The notes beneath the pieces were generated by a model. The model did no database searches, had not been told where the DNA came from, and saw only the letters and a list, made by a program, of their open reading frames with translations. From Mobula hypostoma (lineage: Eukaryota): DNA of 64,000 bases. Shown one piece after another: positions 1 to 11,992 of the stretch (position 1 is its first letter; each line of letters begins with the position of its first letter). A program made the translations under genes and the position numbers. Location: the NCBI RefSeq assembly GCF_963921235.1, contig NC_086097.1:88352001-88416000 (forward strand), written 5' to 3'.

Positions 1-693
1 AGTCAGGAGAGGAAGGGCAAGAGTCAGGTACTAGAGAGTACCCCTGTGGCTGTACCCCTTGACAATAAGTATGCCTGCTTGAGTACTGTTGAGGGGGACA
101 GCCTACCTGGGGGAAGCAACAGTGGTCGTGCCTTTGGCACAGAGTCCGGCCCTGTGGCTCAGAAGGGTAGGGAAAGGAAGAGGAAGGCAGTAGTGATAGG
201 ATGCTCTATAGTTAGGGGGTCAGACAGGTGATTCTGTGGATGCAGGAAAGAAACTCGGACGGTACTTTGCCTCCCAAGTGCCAGGGTCCGGTATGTTTCA
301 GATCGTGTCCAAGGTATCCTGCAGTGGGAGGGAGAACAGCCAGAGGTCGTGGTACATATTGGTACCAATGACATAGGTCGGAAAAGGAAAGCGGTCCTGA
401 AAACAGACTACAGGGAGTTAGGAAGGAAGTTGAGAAGCAGAACTGCAAAGGTAGTAATCTCGGGATTACTGCCTGTGCCATGCGACAATGAGTATAGGAA
501 TAGAATGAGGTGGAGGATAAATGCGTGGCTGAGGGATTGGAGCAGGGGGCAGGGATTCAGATTTCTGGATCATTGGGACCCCTTTTGGGGCAGGTGTGAC
601 CTGTACAAGAAGGATGGGTTGCATTTGAATCCCAGGGGGACCAATATCCTGGCAGGGAGATTTGCTAAGGCTACTGGGGAGAGTTTAAACTAG
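1..693 (+). pseudogene. CR1 ORF1 remnant, SGNH/GDSL esterase domain
   Basis: VIG(C)SIVRG (block I), VHIGTNDIG (block III), DGLHLNPRG (block V). In-frame TGA at 229-231; terminal stop at 693. Confidence 0.88.
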
Positions 694-3693
694 AATTGTT
701 GGGGGGTGGGAACCGAACTGAAGAGACTGGGGGAAGAGGCGGTTCGCTCACAAATAGAGAAAGCTTGGAGACAGTGTATGAGGGAGGATAGGCAGGTGAT
801 AGAGAAGGGACGCGCTCAGACAGACAGTTTGATATGTGTCTATTTTAATGCAAGGAGTATTGTGAACAAAGCAGATGAGCTTAGAGCGTAAATCAGTACT
901 TGGAGCTATGATATGGTGGCCATTACAGAGACTTGGATGGGTCAGGGACAGGAATGGTTACTTCAAGTGCCAGGTTTTAGATGTTTCAGGAAGACAGGGA
1001 GGGAGGCAAAAGAGGTGGGGGCATAGCAATGTTGATTAGAGATAGTGTCACGGCTGCAGAAAAGGTGGACGTCATGGAGGAATTGTCTAAGGAGTGTCTG
1101 TGGGTGGAGGTTAGGAACAGGAAGGGGGTCAATAAATTTACTGGGTGTTTTTTAAAGGCTGCCCAATAGTAACAGGGATATCGAGGAGCAGATAGAGAAA
1201 CAGATCCTGGAAAGAAGTAATAATAACAGAGTTGTCGAGATGGGAGATTTTAATTTCCCAAATATCAATTGGCATCTTCCTTGATCAAGGGGTTTAGATG
1301 GGGTGGAGTTTGTTAGCTGTGTTCAGGAAGGTTTCTTGACACAATATGTAGATAAGCCTACAAGAGGAGAGACTGTACTTGATTTGGTATTGGGAAATGT
1401 ACCTGGTCAGGTGTCAGATCTCTCAGTGGGAGAGCGTTTTTGAGATAGTGATCATAATTCTATCTCCTTTACAATAGCATTGGAGAGAGATAGGAACAGA
1501 CAAGATAGAAAAGTGTTTAATTGGAGTAAGGGGAATTATGAGGCAAACAGGCAGGAACTTGGGAGCTTAAATTGGGAACAGATGTTCTCAGGGAAAAGTA
1601 CGGAAGAAATGTGGCAAATGTTCAGGGGATATTTGTGTGGAGCTCTGCATAGGTACGTTCCAATGAGACAGGGAAGTTATGGTGAGGTACAGGAACCATG
1701 GTGTACAAAGGCTGTAATAAATCTAGTCAATAAGAAAAGAAAAGCTTACAAAAGGTTCAGAGAGCTAGGTAATGTAGATTATAAGGCTAACAGGAAGGGG
1801 CTTAAGAAGGAAATTAGGAAGGCCAGAAGGGGCCATGAGAAGGCCTTGGCGGGCAGGATTAAGGAAAACCCCAAGGCATTCGACAAGTATGTGAAGAGCA
1901 AGAGGATAAGACGTGAAAGCATACGACCTATCAAGTGTTACAGTGGGAAAGTATGTATGGAACCGGAGGAAATAGCAGAGGTACTTAATGAATACTTTAC
2001 TTCAGTATTCACTATGGAAAAGGATCTTGGTGATTGTAATGATGACTTGCAGCAGACTGAAAAGCTTGAGCATGTAGATATTAAGAAAGAGGATGTGCTG
2101 GAGCTTTTGGAAAGCATCAAGTTGGACAAGTCACTGGGACTGGATGAGATGTGCCGCAGGCTACTGTGGGAGGCGAGGGAGAAGATTGCTGAGCCTCTGG
2201 CGATGATCTTTGCATCATCAATGGGGACAGTAGAGGTTCCAGAGGATTGGAGGGTTGCAGATGTTGTTCCCTTATTCAAGAAGGGGCACAGAGATAGCCC
2301 AAGAAGTTATAGACCTGTGAGTCTTACTTCAGTGGTTGGTAAGTTGATGGAGAAGATCCTGAGAGGCAGGATTTATGAACATTTGGAGAGGCATAATATG
2401 ATTAGGAATAGTCAGCATGGCTTTGTCAAAGGCAGGTCATGCCTTATGAGCCTGATTGAATTTTTTGAGGATGTGACTAAACATATTGATGAAGGTAGAG
2501 CAGCAGATGTAGTGTATATGGATTTCAGCAAGGCATTTGATAAGGTACCCTATTGCAAGGCTTATTGAGAAAGTAAGGAGGCAATGGGATCCAAGGGAAC
2601 CTTTGCTTTGTGGATCCATAACTGGCTTGCCCACAGAAGGCAAAAGGTGTTTGCAGACAGGTCATATTCTGCATGGAGGTCGGTGACCAGTGGTGTGCCT
2701 CAGGGATCTGTTCTGGGACCCTTACTATTTGTGATTTTTATTAATGACTTGGATGAGGAAGTGGAGGGAATGGGTTAGTAAGTTTGCTTATGACACAAAG
2801 GTTGGAGGTGTTGTGGATAGTGTGGAGGGCTGTCAGAGGTTACAAAGCAACATTGCTAGGATGCAAAACTGGGCTGAGAGGTGGTAGATGGAGTTCAACC
2901 CAGGTAAGTGTGAAGCGGTTCACTTTGGTAGGTGAAATATGATGGCACAATATAGTATTAATAGTTAGACTCTTGGCAGTGTGGGGGATTGGAGGGATCT
3001 TGGGGGTCCAAGTCCATAGGATGCTCAAAGCAGCTGCGCAGGTTGACTCTGTGGTTAAGAAGGCATACAGTGTATTGGCCTTCATCAATCGTGGAATTGA
3101 ATTTAGGAGCTGAGGGGTAATGTTGCAGCTATATAGGACCCTGGTCAGACCCCACTTGGAGTACTGTGCTCAGTTCTGGTCACCTCACTACAGGAAGAGG
3201 AAGGATGTGGAAACCATAGAAACCATAGAAAGGGTGCAGAGTAGATTTACAGGGATGTTGCCTGGATTGGGGAGCATGCCTTATGAGAATAAGTTGAGTG
3301 AACTTTTCTCCTTGGAGCATCGGAGGATGAGAGGTGACCTGATAGAGGTGTATAAGATGATGAGAGGCATTGATCGTGTGGATAGTCAGAGGCTTTTTCC
3401 CAGGGCTGAAACGGTTACCACAGGAGGGCACAGGTTTAAGCTGCTGGGGAGTAGGTACAGAGGAGATGTCAGGGGTAAGTTTTTTACGCAGAGAGTGGTG
3501 AATGTGTGGAATTGGCAGCCGGCAACGGTGGTGGAGGCGGATATGATAGGGTTTTTTAAGAGACTTTTGGACAAGGAACTTAGAAAAATAGTGGGCTATG
3601 GGTAAGCCTAGTAATTTCAAAGGTAGGGACATGTTCGGCTCAACTTTGTGGGCCGAAGGGCCTGTATTGTGCTGTAGGTTCTCTATGTTTCTA
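1..3693 (+). mobile_element. CR1-clade LINE, near full length (5' end outside window), inactivated
   Basis: ORF1 esterase remnant, then ORF2 fragments with APE endonuclease (YFNARSI), RT ([40 protein letters not shown]) and C-terminal RPHLEYC. Ends in GGGCCGAAGGGCC hairpin and TTCTCTATGTTTCTA tail. Many stops and frameshifts. Confidence 0.95.
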
Positions 3694-4058
3694 CATTGAA
3701 AACCTTAGACAGATTAGATGTGGAAAGGATGTTTCCCATGGTTGTGGAGTCTAGGAGAAGAGGGCACAGCCTCAGGATAGAGGGGCATCTATTTAAAACA
3801 AATGTGAAGGAGTTTCTTTAGCTAGAGGGTGGTGAATTTGTGGTATTTATTGCCGCAGGCAGCTGTGGAGGCCAGGTCATTGAGTATATTTAAGACAGAG
3901 CTTAATGGATTCTTGATTGGACCACAGTATCAAAGTTTATGGAGAGAAAGTCAGGTGGGGTTGAGGAGGGAAAAAAAAGGATCAGCCATGATTAAATGGT
4001 GGAGCAGACTGGATGGGCCAAATGGCTTAATTCTACTCCAATGTCTTATGGTCTTATG
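3694..4058 (+). mobile_element. 3' fragment of an older CR1 family, directly abutting the previous element
   Basis: RVVNLW..LPQAAVEA C-terminal motif and (TCTTATGG)n-type tail at ~4044-4058. Confidence 0.85.
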
Positions 4059-4660
4059 AATTATATTTTATTATGATGTAATAAACAATTAAATTGGTCA
4101 GCAATTTTATTCAATACTAAGTTAAATGCAGTAAATGTACCGTTTAATTTGGAAAGGGTGTTGGTGTGATTTCTATTATCGTTCCGTTCACAGTCTGACA
4201 GTACAATAACAGTAGGCCGGATATGCTGGGAAGTGACAACATTCTGTATACTACCATCATGATTCTTTTAAGTACCTGCATGTTCAGGATTTGCACACAA
4301 ATATAAATGTCCCAAACTTCCTGGAAAAACTCCAGTGGCACTTTTCTGAGAAAACTCTGCTTTTGGACTCTGCATGGAGACTGGGTTGCGAAGGTTAGTT
4401 GAGCTGCCATTGCAAATACTTAAGAGGACCTTCTGAGTACAAAAAGAGAATTTAGCAAGTACACCCGGCTAATTGAGAAAGGAAGGCTCTGCACACACTT
4501 GAAGGCATTGACCCTGAATGCCCTGTACCATGATGCTGGGCAAAGTAGTGATGAAGGGAAGTCAAACAACAGGAATTCTGCAGATGCTGGAAATTCAAGC
4601 AACACACATCAAAATTGCTGGTAAACGCAGCAGGCCAAGCAGCATCTATTGGAAGAGGCG

Positions 4661-4698
4661 CAGTCGACGTTTCAGGCCGAGACCCTTCGTCAGGACTA
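4661..4698 (-). ncRNA. Minimal type I hammerhead ribozyme (PLE-associated)
   Basis: Minus strand UAGUC-CUGACGA-AGG GUCUCGG CCU-GAAA-CGUC-GACUG: intact core, helix I UAGUC/GACUG, helix II AGG/CCU, palindromic ACGU helix III, GUC cleavage triplet. Confidence 0.8.
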
Positions 4699-5667
4699 AC
4701 TGAAGGAAGAGTGAGTAAGGGATTTGAAAGCTGGAGGGGGAGGGGGAGATGCAAAATGATAGGAGAAGACAGGAGGGGGAGGGATAGAGCCGAGAGCTGG
4801 ACAGGTGATAGGCAAAAGGGGATACGAGAGGATCATGGGACAGGAGGTCCGGGAAGAAAGACGGGGGGGGGGTGACCCAGAGGATGGGCAAGAGGTATAT
4901 TCAGAGGGACAGAGGGAGAAAAAGGAGAGTGAGAGAAAGAATGTGTGCATAAAAAAGAGTAACAGATGGGGTACGAGGGGGAGGTGGGGCCTAGCGGAAG
5001 TTAGAGAAGTCGATGTTCATGCCATCAGGTTGGAGGCTACCCAGACGGAATATAAGGTGTTGTTCCTCCAACCTGAGTGTGGCTTCATCTTTACAGTAGA
5101 GGAGGCCGTGGATAGACATGTCAGAATGGTGAGACCCGACGCAGACTAGGAGACCGCTTTGCTGAACATCTACGCTCTGTCCGCCAGAGAAAGCAGGATC
5201 TCCCAGTGGCCACACATTTTAATTCCACATCCCATTCCCATTCTGACATGTCTATCCATGGCCTCCTCCACTGTAAAGATGAAGCCACATCAGGTTGGAG
5301 GAACAACACCTTATATTCCGTCTGGGTAGCCTACAACCTGATGGCATGAACATCGACTTCTCTAACTTCCGCTAAGGCCCCACCTCCCCGTCGTACCCCA
5401 TCCGTTACTCATTTTTATGCACACATTCTTTCTCTCACTCTCCTTTTTCTCCCTCTGTCCCTCTGAATATACCTCTTGCCCATCCTCTGGGTCCCCCCCC
5501 CTTGTCTTTCTTCCCGGACCTCCTGTCCCATGATCCTCTCGTATCCCCTTTTGCCTATCACCTGTCCAGCTCTTGGCTCTGTCCCTCCCCCTCCTGTCTT
5601 CTCCTATCATTTTGGATCTCCCCTTCCCCCTCCAACTTTCAAATCCCTTACTCACTCTTCCTTCAGT

Positions 5668-5705
5668 TAGTCCTGACGAAGGGTCTCGGCCTGAAACGTC
5701 GACTG
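5668..5705 (+). ncRNA. Minimal type I hammerhead ribozyme (PLE-associated)
   Basis: tagtc CTGACGA agggtctcggcct GAAA cgtc gactg; predicted cleavage after C5700. Confidence 0.8.
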
Positions 5706-6414
5706 CACCTCTTCCTACAGATGCTGCTTCGCCTGCTGCGTTCACCAGCAACTTTGATGTGTGTTGCTCTAACTACAGTTTCTCTACATTAGTGAACATA
5801 TATGAAATATATATGTGAGGCTCATAATACAGGACTGGTAAGGCATTGTCAAAACCTGATCAATGTTACTTGGCATATGGGGGAAAGGAGTCAAAGTTGA
5901 TATCTCTTAAAACACTCCAAAACATTTTTCTTTGTAATTTAAAAAAAAATCACTAAAATCGTCCTGATAATCAGCAGAGCCTTTTTATCTTTGTAAACAA
6001 GATGGGCATGTGAAATATTGTTTTACATTAACATTCTTGAATTTATTAATAGGATGACACTTCAAAGAAATGTATTGATTTATCTGCATTGATAAATGCT
6101 AACTAGAGTTGCATTAATCTGTATACTCTTGTGAATTATATGTGACCACTGGGTTCTTAATCATAGATTTCCACACGGAGCTTAAGCTATCTGTGCTTTA
6201 TTTCAAAGCTCTCTAAGGATCTTTCATCAACTAGTCTTGCAACCCAGAGTGCATTTAGACAGCAGTTGAATAGTGGGGAGTCCCAGGGGCAAAAAGAGCA
6301 TATGGGATTAAAGGGGAAGGAGTGGACTAACTAAGAGTGGCTGAGGAAGGGGAGAGATGGGGACTGAGCAAGGGAGTTATGGAAAGGGCAGTTGAAGGAC
6401 GTGATCAGTGTGAG

Positions 6415-7700
6415 TTTCAAAATTCAAGTTTATCACAGGCATACATACACAGGGTATAAATTCTATCAAAGTTAGCTCCTTAAAGCAGCAGCAGCGCAGT
6501 ACATTGCAAAGGCAGCTAGGGCAAATTCAATTCTGGATTGGTTTTTATGTAATGAACCAGATTTGGTTAGGGTGCTTAAGGTAAATGAACTCTGAGGAAA
6601 TAGTGATCGTAATATGATAGAATTCTCCCTGCAAATTGAGAGGGAGAAGATAAAGTCAGATATATCAGTATGACAGTGGAGTTAAGGGAATTACAGAGGC
6701 ATGAGATAGGAGCCCACAAAAATTGATTGGAGGTGTCATCTGCAGGGATGATGAGAGAACAGCAAAAGTTGGAGTTTCTGGGAGCAATTCGAAAAGCACA
6801 CAATAGATACATCCCAAAGGTGAAGTGTTCTAAAGGGAGGATAAGGCAACTGTGGCTTTCAATGGAAGACAAAGACAGCATAGAAGCAAAAGAGAAGGCA
6901 TATAATATAGCAAAAATTTAGTGTGAAGTTAGAGGATTGGGAAGCTTTTAAAAACTAACAGAAGGTAACTAAAAAAAACATAAGGAGACACAATGAAATA
7001 TGAATGTTAGTTACCAATAATATAGATGCCAATAAAAGAGGATACCAAAAGTTTTTTCAGATATATGAAGAGTAAAAGAAAGGTGGGAGTGGATATTAGA
7101 CACTAGATAGAGTGGAACTGGAGAGGATGTTTCAAATAAGTGGGTGTGTCTAAAAGCAGAAGGTGCAACCTCAGAACAGAGGAAGTCCAGTTATAACAGA
7201 TGAGAAGGAATTTCTTTAGTCAGAGAATCAGAGGATGGTGAATCTGTGGAATTCATTGCCACAGGTGGCCGTAGAGGCAGAGTCATTGAGTACTGTTGAT
7301 AGGTTCGTGGTTACTCAGGCATCAAAGGTCACTGGAAGAAGGCAGGAGAAAGATGTTGAGAGGAATAATAAATCAGCCATGGTGGAATGGGGAGCAGACT
7401 CGATGGGCCAACTGGCTTAATTCTGCTCCTATGTCTTAGGCGAACATAAATTAGCATAACTTACACATAATTTTCATGTATGTAAAATTAAACAACAAAT
7501 TAAGCATGACAACATTAGTACATATTGAGAGAGAAAGAAATGGTCTGAGGTAGTATTAAGGTTTTTCAGGTTGGTTCGAGAACTGGTGGCAGTGGGGAAG
7601 AAGCTATTGTTGAACGTTGAGGATCATGTACCTTCTGCCTTCTGGTGGCATTGGGAAGAGTGCACGGCCCAGATGGTGAGCTGAACAGAAGAGTGCCTGC
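6415..7700 (-). mobile_element. Rex1/Babar-like LINE 3' fragment interrupted by CR1 fragments
   Basis: 6415-6510 and 7440-7700 resemble the 3' ends of the other Rex-like copies in the window; degenerate. Confidence 0.55.
6520..7440 (+). mobile_element. Degenerate, internally deleted CR1 ORF2 fragment with 3' tail
   Basis: Endonuclease-end/linker similarity to other CR1 copies, MVNLWNSLPQVAVEA, tail near 7420-7440. Confidence 0.8.
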
Positions 7701-8999
7701 GTGATTTTGTGTTGGATTTCCTGGAAATGGGTGGTCATAATGTGTGTGCACTGTGCTAAGTTGGTGCTATGGAGACTGTTTTCAACTGCCTTGGGCCTTC
7801 TTATCATTAGAATAACACCTCATTTTGTGGAGCCTTCGTGGTAGATGGTGTGCAATGACTACCCTTCATTAAAAGAACCACACCTAAACACCTTCAGCAA
7901 AACAATTCATCCTTGATCCCAAAGAACACTATAAGGATGGTAGAGTTATATGACATGATCCTTAAAGCCACATATTTGTTTACTACGAACACCATATATG
8001 TGATAAATTCTCAACACTGTTTATAGCTTTAAGATTGCTGGTAATGAAAAATATAGTTATTTGACCTTCTTTATATTCAGGTACAGTTCTAGCTTTCACC
8101 CACTCATCAATCGAGACTTGCAGTTTTCACCCAAATACAGTAGTTATGTTGAACTTAGGTTCACTGTGAGGTCTGGATCTGAGGACAGATTACACAGCTG
8201 ATACATGGATGCAGCAGTTTCCAGCCATCGCTTCCTGACGTTTCTTACTTTACATGCAGCCTATCATTTCACCAAGAATGACAGTGCAGACTAGCTGCAG
8301 TCTTGAGTCCTGTTGGTATGCAAAACATATCCCACAGATAGCCGTGACCAGCAATAAGATGTGCAGCATTCCTCTGCTTCATAGCAGTTCAGGTTTTGCC
8401 TCATTGAGAGAAAAGCCAGCTTAGATTATTTTTCAGAAATCAGCCAGTTAAAAACCCCACTACAAACGTTAGAGCCTTTCTTTATTGAAGCGGAACATTT
8501 CAAACTGGTAGTAGCATGGGAATGGATGAGAGTTGCTGACCCATCTTCACTTTGCCAGCATTTTTGGGCCCTGCCAGGATTTAATGCAGATATCTGACAG
8601 AATTAGGCAGGCATTCAAAATAAATTTATCATCAAAGTATGTATATATCACCAAATACTGCCCTGTGATTCATCTGCTTGCAGGCATTCACCTAGAACAA
8701 AGGAGTACAATACAGTAGATTCAGTGAAAAACTACAAGTCTGAACTGTTACCATTCTGAGATGCATCTTCCAACTGCACCTCATCTCACCGAGATGCAGA
8801 ATATACAGTACATTGTGTTTGTGTAGCATCTTTAATGTCATAAGCTGTTCTAAGGTACTTCGAAAGTGCATTATTATCCAGGCATTAAGAAAATATTGAG
8901 ACAAATAGCCTTACTTGAGATGTAGATTTTAAGCAGTGCCTTAAAGCAGTAGAGAAAGGTAGAGTATCACAGGGGTTCAAAGAAGTGATTCTGGTAAAT

Positions 9000-9425
9000 A
9001 AGCAACACACATCAAAGTTGCTGGTGAACGCAGCAGGCCAATCAGCATCTATAGGAAGAGGCGCAGTCGACGTTTCAGGCCGAGACCCTTCGTCAGGACT
9101 AACTGAAGGAAGAGTGAGTAAGGGATTTGAAAGCTGGAGGGGGAGGGGGAGATGCAAAATGATAGGAGAAGACAGGAGGGGGAGGGATAGAGCCGAGAGC
9201 TGGACAGGTGATAGGCAAAAGGGGATACGAGAGGATCATGGGACAGGAGGTCCGGGAAGAAAGACGGGGGGGGGGTGACCCAGAGGATGGGCAAGAGGTA
9301 TATTCAGAGGGACAGAGGGAGAAAAAGGAGAGTGAGAGAAAGAATGTGTGCATAAAAAAGAGTAACAGATGGGGTACGAGGGGGAGGTGGGGCCTAGCGG
9401 AAGTTAGAGAAGTCAATGTTCATGC
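9000..9425 (-). mobile_element. Penelope-like element 3' fragment (single arm)
   Basis: Near-identical to 4597-5022 (I count 5 substitutions); includes the ORF end MNIDFSNFR* and a hammerhead. Confidence 0.9.
9064..9101 (-). ncRNA. Minimal type I hammerhead ribozyme (PLE-associated)
   Basis: Same sequence as 4661-4698. Confidence 0.8.
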
Positions 9426-9532
9426 ATGTGATTGTGGTGGAAGCAGACATCTGATTCCAGGGATTCAAACACAGAATCCATAGGTCACCAAGAACTTTGA
9501 CAAACTTCCATAGACGTACGACAGAGAGTATC

Positions 9533-9625
9533 CCTGGTGAGGGTTCTTGATCCAAAAGTCGACTCTCCATTTCCCTCTGTGGATGCTACCTGAACTGCTG
9601 AGTTCCTGCAGTACTTTTTTTTTGT
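9533..9625 (+). mobile_element. Old, decayed PLE terminal fragment with eroded hammerhead
   Basis: ctggtgagggttcttgatccaaaagtcgact...gatgctacctgaactgctgagttcctgcag aligns loosely with the young hammerhead and downstream hairpin; the core is mutated. Confidence 0.55.
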
Positions 9626-9653
9626 TTTACTGTAAATGCGAGGAAATGATTTT

Positions 9654-11992
9654 TTGAACCAACATGTCGAGGAACCAACTAGAGAGCAGGCTATTCTAGA
9701 CTGGGTTTTGAGCAATGAGGAAGGGTTAATTAGCAATCTTGTCGTGAAAGGCCCCTTGGGAAAGAGTAACCATAATATGGTGGAATTCTTCATTAAGATG
9801 GAGAGTGACATTGTTAATTCAGAAACAAAGGTTCTGAACTTAAAGAGGGGTAACTTTGAAGGTATGAGACGTGAATTAGCTAAGATAGACTGGCAAATGA
9901 CACTTAAAGGATTGACGGTGGATATGCAATGGCAAGCATTTAAAGATTGCATGGATGAACTACAACAATTGTTCATCCCAGTTTGGCAAAAGAATAAATC
10001 AAGGAAGGTAGTGCACCCGTGGCTGACAAGAGAAATTAGGGATAGTATCAATTCCAAAGAAGAAGCATACAAATTAGAGGACTGGGAGAAATTCAGAGTT
10101 CAGCAGAGGAGGAAAAAGGGCTTAATTAGGAAGGGGAAAAAAGATTATGAGAGAAAACTGGCAGGGAACATAAAAACTGACTGTAGAAGCTTTTATAGAT
10201 ATGTAAAAAGGAAAAGACTGGTAAAGACAAATGTAGGTCCCCTACAGACAGAAACAGGTGAATTGATTATGGGGAGCAAGGACATGGCAGACCAATTGAA
10301 TAATTACTTTGGTTCTGTCTTCACTAAGGAGGACATAAATAATCTTCCAAAAATAGTAGGGGACAGAGGGCCCAGTGAGATGGAGGAACTGAGCGAAATA
10401 CATGTTAGTAGGGAAGTGGTGTTAGGTAAATTGAAGGGATTAAAGACAGATAAATCCCCAGGGCCAGATGGTCTGTATCCCAGAGTGCTTAAGGAAGTAG
10501 CCCAAGAAATAGTGGATGCATTAGTGATAATTTTTCAAAACTCATTAGATTCTGGACTAGTTCCTGAGGATTGGAGGGTGGCTAATGTAACCCCACTTTT
10601 TAAAAAAGGAGGGAGAGAGAAACCGAGGAATTATAGACCGGTTAGCCTAACGTCGGTGGTGGGGAAACTGCTGGAGTCAGTTATCAAAGATGTGATAACA
10701 GCACATTTGGAAAGCGGTGAAATCATCGGACAAAGTCAGCATGGATTTGTGAAAGGAAAATCATGTCTGACAAATCTCATAGAATTTTTTGAGGATGTAA
10801 CTAGTAGAGTGGATAGGGGAGAACCAGTGGATGTGGTATCCCACACAGGAGATTAGTGTGCAAACTTAAAGCACACGGTATTGGGGGTAAGGTATTGATG
10901 TGGATAGAGAATTGGTTAGCAGACAGGAAGCAAAGAGTGGGAATAAACAGGACCTTTTCAGAATGGCAGGCAGTGACTAGTGGGGTACCGCAAGGCTCAG
11001 TGCTGGGACCCCAGTTGTTTACAATATATATTAATGACTTGGATGAGGGAATTAAATGCAGCATCTCCAAGTTTGCGGATGACACGAAGCTGGGCGGCAG
11101 TGTTAGCTGTGAGGAGGATGCTAAGAGGATGCAGGGTGACTTGGATAGGTTGGATGAGTGGGCAAATTCATGGCAGATGCAATTTAATGTGGATAAATGT
11201 GAAGTTATCCACTTTGGTGGCAAAAATAGGAAAACAGATTATTATCTGAATGGTGGCCGATTAGGAAAAGGAGAGGTGCAACGAGACCTGGGTGTCATTA
11301 TACACCAGTCATTTAAAGTGGGCTTGCAGATACAGCAGGCGGTGAAAAAGGCGAATGGTATGCTGGCATTTATAGCAAGAGGATTCGAGTACAGGAGCAG
11401 GGAGGTACTACTGCAGTTGTACAAGGCCTTGGTGAGACCACACCTGGAGTATTGTGTGCAGTTTTGGTCCCCTAATCTGAGGAAAGACATCCTTGCCATA
11501 GAGGAAGTACAAAGAAGGTTCACCAGATTGATTCCTGGGATGGCAGGACTTTCATATGAAGAAAGACTGGATGAACTAGGCTTGTACTCGTTGGAATTTA
11601 GAAGATTGAGGGGGGATCTGATTGAAATGTATAAAATCCTAAAGGGATTGGACAGGCTAGATGCAGGAAGATTGTTCCCGATGTTGGGGAAGTCCAGAAC
11701 GAGGGGTCACAGTCTGAGGATAAGGGGGAAGCCTTTTAGGACTGAGATTAGGAAAAACTTCTTCACACAGAGAGTGGTGAATCTGTGGAATTCTCTGCCA
11801 CAGGAAACAGTTGAGGCCAGTTCATTGGCTATATTTAAGAGGGAGTTAGATATGGCCCTTGTGGCTACGGGGATCAGGGGGTATGGAGGGAAGGCTGGGG
11901 CAGGGTTCTGAGTTGGATGATCAGCCATGATCATAATAAATGGCGGTGCAGGCTCCGAATGGCCTACTCCTGCACCTATTTTCTATGTTTCT
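9654..11992 (+). mobile_element. Young 5'-truncated CR1 LINE (ORF2)
   Basis: ORFs 9636-10856 and 10856-11911 with RT motifs ([17 protein letters not shown]), split by one frameshifting deletion. TTCTATGTTTCTATG tail; candidate 8-bp TSD ATGATTTT at 9646-9653 and 11993-12000. Confidence 0.95.

Larger units (their letters stand above)
4565..5768. mobile_element. Penelope-like element, inverted pair (left arm 4565-5129 minus, right arm 5127-5768 plus)
   Basis: Arms are reverse complements over ~530 bp. They encode the GIY-YIG C-terminus (ETRRRLGDRFAEHL...VATHFNS...LEEQHLIFRLGSLQPDGMNIDFSNFR*). TGG microhomology at the junction; each arm carries a hammerhead motif. Confidence 0.9.

Noticed and set aside
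4452..5818. Recurrent small ORFs such as SPDEGSRPETST and MLVNAAGQAAS as a peptide gene family
   Set aside because: They are incidental translations of the hammerhead and 3' UTR of the repeated PLE; frames and lengths vary among copies.
9000..9625. Fourth inverted PLE pair (9000-9425 minus with 9533-9625 plus)
   Set aside because: The plus fragment is far more decayed, is separated by ~108 bp of unrelated sequence, and shares no TSD. More likely independent insertions.
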